Source of the DNA: Erysipelotrichaceae bacterium
GTDB lineage: Bacteria; Bacillota_I; Bacilli_A; Erysipelotrichales; Erysipelotrichaceae
DNA length: 32,000 nt
Assembly (NCBI GenBank): GCA_030604855.1
Contig: JAUVVC010000003.1
Span: 150,001-182,000 of the forward strand
Direction: 5' to 3'
This document shows, in pieces, positions 24,930 to 31,433 of the stretch; position 1 is the first letter of the stretch, and each line of letters begins with the position of its first letter. The position numbers and the translations under genes were made by a program. The notes under the pieces were generated by a model that was not told where the DNA came from, did no database searches, and saw only the letters and a program-made list of their open reading frames with translations.

Positions 24930-26282
24930 ATGAAAAAGAAACTTCACAGAAAAGTATTCTATGCGCTTATTGAAGGACGTAAATTCCAAGAAATCCGGGA
25001 TGTCTTCAATTATTACAATCTCGTTGACTTAGCGGTCATGGTTGAAGAACTCCAACTGGAGCAGATTCTGCTTTTATTTAAAATATTGAAGCGTGAGATC
25101 AGTGCGGAGATGTTCACGTATCTCTCGTACGCAAAACAAGAAGAATTGATCAATGCCTTCACCAGTCCAGAAATCAAAGGCATGTTAGAGAACCTCTATT
25201 CGGATGATATCATCGATTTCATTGAAGAACTCCCAAGCAATCTGGTTAAAAAGATTCTGCAAGCGGCAAGTGAAGATCAACGAACTGAAATCAATCTACT
25301 TTTAAGCTACCCTGAAGATTCCGCTGGATCCATGATGACCACGGAGTTTGTGGAACTCAAAGAAACCGATACAATCAAACGTGCGATCGCACGGATCAAG
25401 ACACAAGGACGTGTTGCGGAAACCATTACGAACTGTTACGTGGTGGATCAGAATCGTCGCTTGGTGGGATCGATTCGCTTACGGGAGATTTTATTTGCGA
25501 ATGAAGATGAATTGATTTCAGAAGTCATGGATACCGATGTCATTTCAGTCATGACAAACGATGATCAAGAAGTTGTTGCGAATGTGTTTAAGAAGTATGA
25601 CTTCTCGGTGTTGCCGGTCGTGAATGATGAAGAACGTTTGATCGGGATCATCACAGCGGATGACATCATCGACGTATTATATGAAGAAACAACCGAAGAT
25701 ATCCAGAAGATTGCGGCGATCATGCCTACAGAGGGCTCTTACATTGAAACCAGCATCATGGAAATGGCAAAATCACGGATCACTTGGTTGATCATCTTGA
25801 TGGTTTCAGCTACGTTTACCGGCTTTATCATTCAGGGTTATGAGTCCACCTTGGCTTTGATTCCAGCACTTGCGGCGTCCATGCCCATGATCATGAGTAC
25901 GGCAGGGAATGCGGGTTCACAATCTTCCATCATGGTCATTCGTGGCATTTCTGTCGATGATATGACCATTAAGGACATTGGGCTTGTGGTTTGGAAAGAG
26001 CTTCAGGTTGGCTTTGTGATTGGGATTTTGATGTTTGTGGTCAATGTTTTGCGTTTATTGATCTTCACACCCGATGTCGGTTTGATGACGGATCTGGTCA
26101 TCTCAGGAACGGTTTTTCTAACCATTCTCATGGCGAAGGTGACAGGAGGTTTATTGCCTTTGGTCGCGTTACTCTTTAAACAAGACCCTGCGGCCATGGC
26201 AAGTCCGTTGATCACGACGATCGTGGATGCCTTGGCCCTGATCGTGTATTTTAACTTGGCCTTACGTTTCTTAGCATTATGA
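24930..26282 (+). CDS. mgtE: Magnesium transporter MgtE (copy 2, tandem paralogue)
   Basis: 450 aa, with the same architecture and colinear with copy 1 (..GIITADDIIDVLYEETTEDI.., ..STAGNAGSQSSIMVIRGI..). It starts 7 nt after the copy 1 stop, with a GAGGGA RBS. Confidence 0.9.
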   Translation: MKKKLHRKVFYALIEGRKFQEIRDVFNYYNLVDLAVMVEELQLEQILLLFKILKREISAEMFTYLSYAKQEELINAFTSPEIKGMLENLYSDDIIDFIEELPSNLVKKILQAASEDQRTEINLLLSYPEDSAGSMMTTEFVELKETDTIKRAIARIKTQGRVAETITNCYVVDQNRRLVGSIRLREILFANEDELISEVMDTDVISVMTNDDQEVVANVFKKYDFSVLPVVNDEERLIGIITADDIIDVLYEETTEDIQKIAAIMPTEGSYIETSIMEMAKSRITWLIILMVSATFTGFIIQGYESTLALIPALAASMPMIMSTAGNAGSQSSIMVIRGISVDDMTIKDIGLVVWKELQVGFVIGILMFVVNVLRLLIFTPDVGLMTDLVISGTVFLTILMAKVTGGLLPLVALLFKQDPAAMASPLITTIVDALALIVYFNLALRFLAL

Positions 26283-26285
26283 GTA

Positions 26286-26294
26286 TGTTATAAT
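26286..26294 (+). promoter_or_regulatory. Extended -10 element upstream of deoD
   Basis: TGTTATAAT lies 4 nt after the mgtE-2 stop and 36 nt before ATG 26331. Confidence 0.4.
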
Positions 26295-26330
26295 ATGTGT
26301 ACAATACGTGTAATCAAGGAGGAATGATTG

Positions 26331-27044
26331 ATGCCTACACCACACAATTCTGCCAAAAAAGGTGATATTGCGAAGTTGGTTTTAATGCCTGGCGATCCTT
26401 TGCGTGCAAAGATGATCGCGGAGACGTTTTTAGAGGATGTCGTACAGTTCAATACTGTACGCAACATGTTTGGCTATACGGGAACCTATAAGGGTCATCC
26501 TATATCGGTCATGGGTTCTGGAATGGGGATGCCGAGTATCGGAATCTATTCTTATGAGCTTTACAATGAATATGATGTCGAGACGATCGTACGGATCGGT
26601 TCATGTGGATCGTATCGTTTGGATTGTAAGATCTATGATGTCATCTTAGCGGAGAGTGCTTACAGTGAGTCCAGCTATGCGAAGACGGCGTTTGGGTATA
26701 CGGAAGAAGTTATGGATCCAAGTTTGGATGTCAATGCGAAGTTGATTGACATTGCGAAAGAATTGGATATCCCAATGCATGTGGGTCGCATTCACTCCAG
26801 CGATGTGTTCTACCATGGCGAGGGTTCAGTACCTTGGCAGGAAAAAGTTGCGAAGTATGATCTCTTAGCGGCTGAAATGGAATCATTTGCGTTGTTTGCG
26901 AATGCACGCTATCTCGGTAAGAAGGCGGCTTGTTTATTGACGGTTTCAGATTCGATCGTCACTCATGAAGCAACCAGTGCTGAAGAACGTCAGAATGCTT
27001 TCACGAAGATGATGGAAGTTGCCTTGGGATTGGCAGGAAAATAA
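26331..27044 (+). CDS. deoD: Purine nucleoside phosphorylase DeoD-type
   Basis: ORF trimmed to ATG 26331, with AAGGAGGA 6 nt upstream. Motifs present: MPTPHNSAKKGDIA..VLMPGDPLRAK, ..VMGSGMGMPSIGIYSYEL.. and ..AAEMESFALF... Confidence 0.92.
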   Translation: MPTPHNSAKKGDIAKLVLMPGDPLRAKMIAETFLEDVVQFNTVRNMFGYTGTYKGHPISVMGSGMGMPSIGIYSYELYNEYDVETIVRIGSCGSYRLDCKIYDVILAESAYSESSYAKTAFGYTEEVMDPSLDVNAKLIDIAKELDIPMHVGRIHSSDVFYHGEGSVPWQEKVAKYDLLAAEMESFALFANARYLGKKAACLLTVSDSIVTHEATSAEERQNAFTKMMEVALGLAGK

Positions 27045-27045
27045 G

Positions 27046-27237
27046 ATGAAGACGCTTCTCTTTATACGCGACATGGATTCGGAAGAGGCCGCAAAGAAAA
27101 TTGAAGATGCCTTGTCTGAAACTCGTTTGATATTCTCAGTTAATTTGAGGGATCGTTGCGTCGCGATTGAGGGGCGAAACGATGCCGTTTATACAGCAAA
27201 AGTAGCAATCCGTGAAGCGGGTTACAATGTCGATTGA
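27046..27237 (+). CDS. Small HMA-fold (heavy-metal-associated-like) protein lacking the CxxC metal site
   Basis: ORF 27019-27237 trimmed to ATG 27046, 1 nt after the deoD stop, giving 63 aa: MKTLLFIRDMDSEEAAKKIEDALSE...VAIEGRNDAVYTAKVAIREAGYNVD. The spacing matches a beta-alpha-beta-beta-alpha-beta HMA pattern, but MxCxxC is replaced by MDSEE. Confidence 0.5.
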   Translation: MKTLLFIRDMDSEEAAKKIEDALSETRLIFSVNLRDRCVAIEGRNDAVYTAKVAIREAGYNVD

Positions 27238-27263
27238 GTCAGCCAATAATGGCTGACTTTTTT
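27238..27263 (+). terminator. Rho-independent terminator
   Basis: GTCAGCC-AATAAT-GGCTGAC followed by TTTTTT. Confidence 0.8.
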
Positions 27264-27274
27264 GTTAAAACCTC

Positions 27275-27304
27275 TTGCAAATTCATTTTGGTTTATGTTA
27301 GTAT
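27275..27304 (+). promoter_or_regulatory. Promoter for the tRNA-Ser/Asp/Gly operon
   Basis: TTGCAA (27275-27280), an 18-nt spacer ending in TGT, then TAGTAT (27299-27304). Confidence 0.45.
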
Positions 27305-27328
27305 TATAGGGCACTGACGTATTGCCTT

Positions 27329-27421
27329 GGGGAAGTACTCAAGTGGCTGAAGAGGTGCCCCTGCTAAGGGTATAGGTCGGGTCAAACTGGCGCGAGGGTT
27401 CAAATCCCTCCTTCCCCGCCA
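27329..27421 (+). tRNA. tRNA-Ser (anticodon GCU), class II with long variable arm, CCA encoded
   Basis: Acceptor GGGGAAG/CTTCCCC, anticodon stem TGCCC/GGGTA with loop CT-GCT-AA, a long variable arm, and T arm GAGGG-TTCAAAT-CCCTC. It closely resembles Bacillus tRNA-Ser(GCU). Confidence 0.88.
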
Positions 27422-27435
27422 TAAAATTAGTGAAT

Positions 27436-27511
27436 GGTCCAGTGGTGTAGTGGTTAACATGCCTCCCTGTCACGGAGGAGATCGCGGGTTCGAGTCCCGT
27501 CTGGACCGCCA
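27436..27511 (+). tRNA. tRNA-Asp (anticodon GUC), CCA encoded
   Basis: Acceptor GGTCCAG/CTGGACC, anticodon stem CCTCC/GGAGG with loop CT-GTC-AC, and T arm GCGGG-TTCGAGT-CCCGT. Confidence 0.9.
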
Positions 27512-27512
27512 C

Positions 27513-27586
27513 GCAGGTGTAGTTCAATGGTAGAACGCGACCTTGCCAAGGTCGACACGAGGGTTCGATTCCCTTCACCTGCTCCA
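27513..27586 (+). tRNA. tRNA-Gly (anticodon GCC), CCA encoded
   Basis: Acceptor GCAGGTG/CACCTGC, D arm GTTC-AATGGTA-GAAC, anticodon stem CGACC/GGTCG with loop TT-GCC-AA, and T arm GAGGG-TTCGATT-CCCTT. It lies 1 nt after tRNA-Asp. Confidence 0.9.
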
Positions 27587-27598
27587 GTAGAGCACAGA

Positions 27599-27618
27599 AG
27601 CACAGAAATGTGCTTTTT
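27599..27618 (+). terminator. Rho-independent terminator inside the tRNA cluster
   Basis: AGCACA-GAAA-TGTGCT followed by TTTT. Confidence 0.7.
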
Positions 27619-27651
27619 CTTTACATTCAGTAGAAATCCATAGAATGAGAG

Positions 27652-27660
27652 TGATAGAAT
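27652..27660 (+). promoter_or_regulatory. Possible extended -10 element for tRNA-Gly(CCC)
   Basis: TGATAGAAT (TGnTAGAAT) ends 10 nt upstream of the tRNA 5' end. No convincing -35 element. Confidence 0.35.
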
Positions 27661-27670
27661 AAGAACAGAC

Positions 27671-27744
27671 GCAGGTGTAGTTCAATGGTAGAACGCAACC
27701 TTCCCAAGGTTGATACGCGGGTTCGATTCCCGTCACCTGCTCCA
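27671..27744 (+). tRNA. tRNA-Gly (anticodon CCC), CCA encoded
   Basis: The acceptor and D arm match the GCC isoacceptor. The anticodon stem is CAACC/GGTTG with loop TT-CCC-AA, and the T arm is GCGGG-TTCGATT-CCCGT. Confidence 0.88.
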
Positions 27745-27750
27745 CGTGAT

Positions 27751-27779
27751 TTGACCCAGAACCAATTGTGTGATAGTCT
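27751..27779 (+). promoter_or_regulatory. Promoter for the GGDEF-EAL gene
   Basis: TTGACC (27751-27756), a 17-nt spacer ending in TGA, then TAGTCT (27774-27779). Confidence 0.4.
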
Positions 27780-27811
27780 TATCGCATCCGTTTATATCAC
27801 CAGCTGACAAC

Positions 27812-27824
27812 AATTAAGGTTTAA
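27812..27824. repeat. Left copy of the exact 13-bp direct repeat AATTAAGGTTTAA
   Basis: The identical 13-mer recurs at 30525-30537. This copy lies 10 nt upstream of ATG 27834. Confidence 0.9.
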
Positions 27825-27833
27825 GGTAATTGA

Positions 27834-30113
27834 ATGAAGAATCGTAGAGAACACAAGCGCGTTGATATCAATTATTTTCTGATACCCATGTCAATCGTTT
27901 TGGTTCTTTTTTTTGTAATAACATTTTCGCTTGTACAAAGTCAAATCAAGACACAGTATGATCATCTTGAAGACATTGCGATTAAGTTGACGAACTCTTA
28001 TGCGCATTCTGTGGTGGGTCAAAAACTTGCGACCGAGATTGCGATACAGCTTCTTGAAGAGAAGCTGGTAATTGCTATGAATGCGATTGTGGTCAATGAA
28101 CATCATTGGTCCAATGAAGTACTTACGGAATTGGGCGAGCAGTTTGGTTTGGATGCACTCTATGTGTATTCGCCTGAAGGCATCATCATACAAAGCATGA
28201 ATGGAGAATATATCGGTTGGACAGCCTATCCAAATCATCCGGTTCATAATTTTATGATCAGTGGGGATACGATCTTGATCGAGGATATCCGAAAGGACTC
28301 CGAGAGTGATCGTTATTTCAAATATGGCTACCTACATCTCGCCAATCAAGATACCTTTATCCAGGTTGGTTTGTCCGCTGAGAAAGTAACGACACTCTTG
28401 GAATTGTTTTCAGTTGAGACGACGATCAATAAAATCAAAGAGGAAGCTGAAGTTGAAGCACTCTCCTTTATCAATCTCAACAAAGAAGTTTCCGCAAGTA
28501 CAATGGGGGACAGTGTGGGCATCAGAATCACAGATGCGAGGGATTTGGAGGAGTTAGAGTCCAGTCGTATCGAGGTCACACGCTTGAATGACAGGATGAT
28601 AAGGGTGTTTGTGCCCGTTGATCATCTTGGTTCTCAGATGGGATGGTTAGCCATGTATTGGCCATCGGATGAGACGGATCGAAAAGTGAGTGAAATCATT
28701 TGGGGTGGGATCATTCTTTATATCGTTTTCTCGGCACTTGTAGGCTTCATCATTTTCTATGCGTATCGAAAAGATAAATCGAACTATAAGCTTGCCTATT
28801 TCGATGGACTGACTGGCTTACCCAATCGAAGTTACCTCAAAGAGCATCTAGAGTCCGTCTATAATGAGAAACCGGTCACCTATTCGGCCTTTATTGCGGT
28901 GAACTGTAAGAATCTATCCACGATCATTTCAACCTATGGGTATTCGTTCGGTGATTCCGTGCTGAAAGTCCTTGCGAGCAAATTAAGCGAGACCGTCGAG
29001 AAGGACGATCGACTATATCGTTTTTCTTCAGATCGATTTGTGATTCTCATCAAGGCAAAGAAGAACATTCAATACCAACTGGATCTTGCGAAAAACATCA
29101 TTCGTGTTTTTAAGCAACCACTTGTGATTGAAAATGCGCAGCAGTTCGTAGCGATTGAAGTGGGCATTGTTGAGTTGGATGGACACCAAAAAGAAGTTGC
29201 GCAAGTATTGCAAGAGGCGTCGATTACTTTATCCTATCTGCGTGAGAAGAATCTGCAAGTGGGTTTATACAATGCACAAATGGAGGCACATGTGAAAAAT
29301 GAAGACTTCATTGAACATGTGATTCGAAGAGCGATTCGCAAGAGCCCGGAGACAATCCTGTCGATGGTGTATCAACCGCTCGTGAAAAGCAGTGAAGGAA
29401 GAATCGTAGGGTTTGAGGCCTTGTTGCGAATAAGTACCGACACAGGATTGATCATTCCGCCATTGGCCATTATTTCTGTCGCTGAGAAACGTCAGCTCAT
29501 CTTTGAGCTGGGGAACCGCATTCTCAATGAGGTATGTCAATTTGTCAAACGTATGAATGACCAAGGAGTTCATGATATGCGGGTCGCTATCAACATTTCC
29601 GGTCTGCAATTATTGCGTGAAGAGTTTATCGACACAACGCAACGTATCCTTCAAGAGAGTGGTATTGACACCAGCAACATTGAATTTGAAATAACAGAGT
29701 CCATCTTGATGGGTAATCTGGAAATCGTAAATCAGAAGTTGAATCAATTGCGAAACATCGGCATTACGATTGCTTTGGATGATTTTGGGACAGGGTATTC
29801 TTCATTATCGAGACTGCGTGATTTAAACATCGATATCGTCAAGATTGATAAGTATTTTATCGACCGCATCGAACTTTTGGAAAAGGATCGACTCATTACG
29901 GGAGACATCATCTCAATGGCTCATAAAATCGGTTTAGCGGTGGTTGCGGAAGGGGTGGAGACACGTAAACAATGGGACTACTTGAAAGCTTCGAATTGTG
30001 ACGTGATTCAGGGCTACTATGTAAGCAAACCTTTAAGTGAAGATGATGCGATGTCCATCTTAATGAAAAACGTGTATATTGGAAGTGAGATCGAAGTCGA
30101 TACATCGGGATAG
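27834..30113 (+). CDS. Membrane sensor protein with degenerate GGDEF and intact EAL domains (predicted c-di-GMP phosphodiesterase)
   Basis: 759 aa. TM1 is at residues ~15-35, followed by a ~250-aa extracytoplasmic domain and TM2 (..IIWGGIILYIVFSALVGFIIFYAY..). The GGDEF position reads SSDRF (nt 29025-29039). EAL motifs are intact: FEALLR (EAL at 29415-29423), NISG, EITES, DDFGTGYSSL, KIDK, EGVET and QGYY. Confidence 0.88.
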   Translation: MKNRREHKRVDINYFLIPMSIVLVLFFVITFSLVQSQIKTQYDHLEDIAIKLTNSYAHSVVGQKLATEIAIQLLEEKLVIAMNAIVVNEHHWSNEVLTELGEQFGLDALYVYSPEGIIIQSMNGEYIGWTAYPNHPVHNFMISGDTILIEDIRKDSESDRYFKYGYLHLANQDTFIQVGLSAEKVTTLLELFSVETTINKIKEEAEVEALSFINLNKEVSASTMGDSVGIRITDARDLEELESSRIEVTRLNDRMIRVFVPVDHLGSQMGWLAMYWPSDETDRKVSEIIWGGIILYIVFSALVGFIIFYAYRKDKSNYKLAYFDGLTGLPNRSYLKEHLESVYNEKPVTYSAFIAVNCKNLSTIISTYGYSFGDSVLKVLASKLSETVEKDDRLYRFSSDRFVILIKAKKNIQYQLDLAKNIIRVFKQPLVIENAQQFVAIEVGIVELDGHQKEVAQVLQEASITLSYLREKNLQVGLYNAQMEAHVKNEDFIEHVIRRAIRKSPETILSMVYQPLVKSSEGRIVGFEALLRISTDTGLIIPPLAIISVAEKRQLIFELGNRILNEVCQFVKRMNDQGVHDMRVAINISGLQLLREEFIDTTQRILQESGIDTSNIEFEITESILMGNLEIVNQKLNQLRNIGITIALDDFGTGYSSLSRLRDLNIDIVKIDKYFIDRIELLEKDRLITGDIISMAHKIGLAVVAEGVETRKQWDYLKASNCDVIQGYYVSKPLSEDDAMSILMKNVYIGSEIEVDTSG

Positions 30114-30121
30114 GAGATGAC

Positions 30122-30478
30122 ATGGAAGCGAACAGTCCTTTAATTGAATCACTCGATGAGATGATTCATCGAAGCAGTTTGGCACAAAAGAAATTTCTAC
30201 CGGGTTCATCACATCACAGTCTGCTCAAGAATCGCATCTATGCCTTGAATGTGGCTAAGAAGCTCATTATCCGCGAGATAATCAATCAAGGAACACTTTA
30301 CAAAGAGGAGCTGGAACAAGCCCAAGAGCCGCTGAAATCCCTCTTGAGTAAAAGTGAGAAGACAATTTTAAAATTGAAGCTTGGGACATGGCAACACAAT
30401 GTCCTTGAGAAAAACATTGAAGCATTGCGTATTTCAGTCACATTATTGGATCGCGAGTTGAATCGCTATAAACATTGA
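30122..30478 (+). CDS. Hypothetical all-helical 118-aa protein
   Basis: The ATG lies 8 nt after the GGDEF-EAL stop, preceded by TAGGAGA. The composition is heptad-like and Leu/Lys/Glu-rich. I recognise no family. Confidence 0.6.
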   Translation: MEANSPLIESLDEMIHRSSLAQKKFLPGSSHHSLLKNRIYALNVAKKLIIREIINQGTLYKEELEQAQEPLKSLLSKSEKTILKLKLGTWQHNVLEKNIEALRISVTLLDRELNRYKH

Positions 30479-30484
30479 CATAAT

Positions 30485-30509
30485 AAAGGAAGGATCTGCT
30501 CCTTCCTTT
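30485..30509 (+). terminator. Perfect 10-bp hairpin terminator
   Basis: AAAGGAAGGA-TCTGC-TCCTTCCTTT followed by ATATTT. Confidence 0.65.
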
Positions 30510-30524
30510 ATATTTAGATCATTT

Positions 30525-30537
30525 AATTAAGGTTTAA
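30525..30537. repeat. Right copy of the exact 13-bp direct repeat AATTAAGGTTTAA
   Basis: Identical to 27812-27824. It lies 15 nt after the terminator hairpin. Confidence 0.9.
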
Positions 30538-30736
30538 TCATCCTAAGAATACAGGATATGAAGTGGTCCAAGCATTGGATCTTTACTTTTTGTTAAAGTG
30601 TAATCAGACATATATTTTACCAAATACGATTGAATGAAGACTGTCGTACTCAATTGGTTTCTTTCAAAAATATCTCATTTACACATTTAAAAAGAATTTG
30701 CTTTAGTATGAGCTAGCTTTATGGGTGGCAGGTGAT

Positions 30737-31351
30737 TTAAAGCAATTTTGGTTTGTGTGTGATTCTTAAGTTTTTAAAGTATGCATCGGTACCGATTTCA
30801 GACCAAAGCGCAATTGAACCCGTGCAGATGCCATTTTTTAAGTCGTTTACAATCAGCACAGGATACATGGAATCATTTAAATACAGTTCAGCTTTTATAT
30901 CCTTGACAACGATCTTCATCTTTATCCATTCTTCCAATCCCATATCCGCATAACTCTCATATTTCTCAGGACTCGTAGATCGTAATGTATTGAACTTATG
31001 ATCAGGGTAGGCATAGTATTGTACAGAATGATTGCGTCTTATTTGATCCTCACATCGACCATTGCTTGGCCGGATATAGATGCTTTCGTAACGCGAATCC
31101 TCTTCATGGATGCGAAATGCGATACCGATGAATCCTCGTGCGTACTCTGGGGCATCGGGTAAAAGTTTACTGTAGACATCGACTTCAATGGTCCCATTTT
31201 TAAATTCAAAGTCTTTGAGTTTTGCGTATGTGGGCTCATCCACTTCAAGAATGGATGGATCTTTTACGACATTTAAAACAAGTTCATCCTCGATTGTTAA
31301 ATTTCGGATGCTTGCTTGATGTGCGATGAAATGGCTGACGGACATGCTCAT
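30737..31351 (-). CDS. DUF1080 / 3-keto-disaccharide-hydrolase-like (concanavalin/LamG-fold) protein, no signal peptide
   Basis: ORF 30737-31435 trimmed to ATG 31351, because the upstream 28 codons run through the terminator of the preceding gene. GAGGT lies 8 nt upstream of 31351. The pattern ..GFIGIAFRI..YESIYIRPSNGR.. and ..GSIALWSEIGTDAYFKNLRI resembles DUF1080 beta-sandwich proteins. Confidence 0.6.
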   Translation of the reverse strand: MSMSVSHFIAHQASIRNLTIEDELVLNVVKDPSILEVDEPTYAKLKDFEFKNGTIEVDVYSKLLPDAPEYARGFIGIAFRIHEEDSRYESIYIRPSNGRCEDQIRRNHSVQYYAYPDHKFNTLRSTSPEKYESYADMGLEEWIKMKIVVKDIKAELYLNDSMYPVLIVNDLKNGICTGSIALWSEIGTDAYFKNLRITHKPKLL

Positions 31352-31404
31352 GGTGGTATACCTCAAGATAATACTAAACGTATTCTCGGTGGTTTCATAG
31401 TAGG

Positions 31405-31433
31405 CACAAAAAAGAAACCACCCTAAGGTGGTC
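31405..31433 (-). terminator. Rho-independent terminator after the histidine phosphatase gene
   Basis: Minus strand reads TGACCACC-TTAG-GGTGGTTTCTTTTTTGTG. The stem starts within the stop codon. Confidence 0.7.

Noticed and set aside
27339-27578. 79-aa minus-strand ORF
   Set aside because: It lies entirely across tRNA-Ser, tRNA-Asp and tRNA-Gly and is an artefact of the stop-free reverse complement of tRNA genes.
30510-30736. Possible element in the 260-bp AT-rich gap between convergent genes
   Set aside because: Apart from the 13-bp repeat copy reported above, I found only weak imperfect hairpins (e.g. TTGAAT...ACTCAA around 30630-30655) and an 8-nt palindrome AGCTAGCT. Nothing there supports a feature call.
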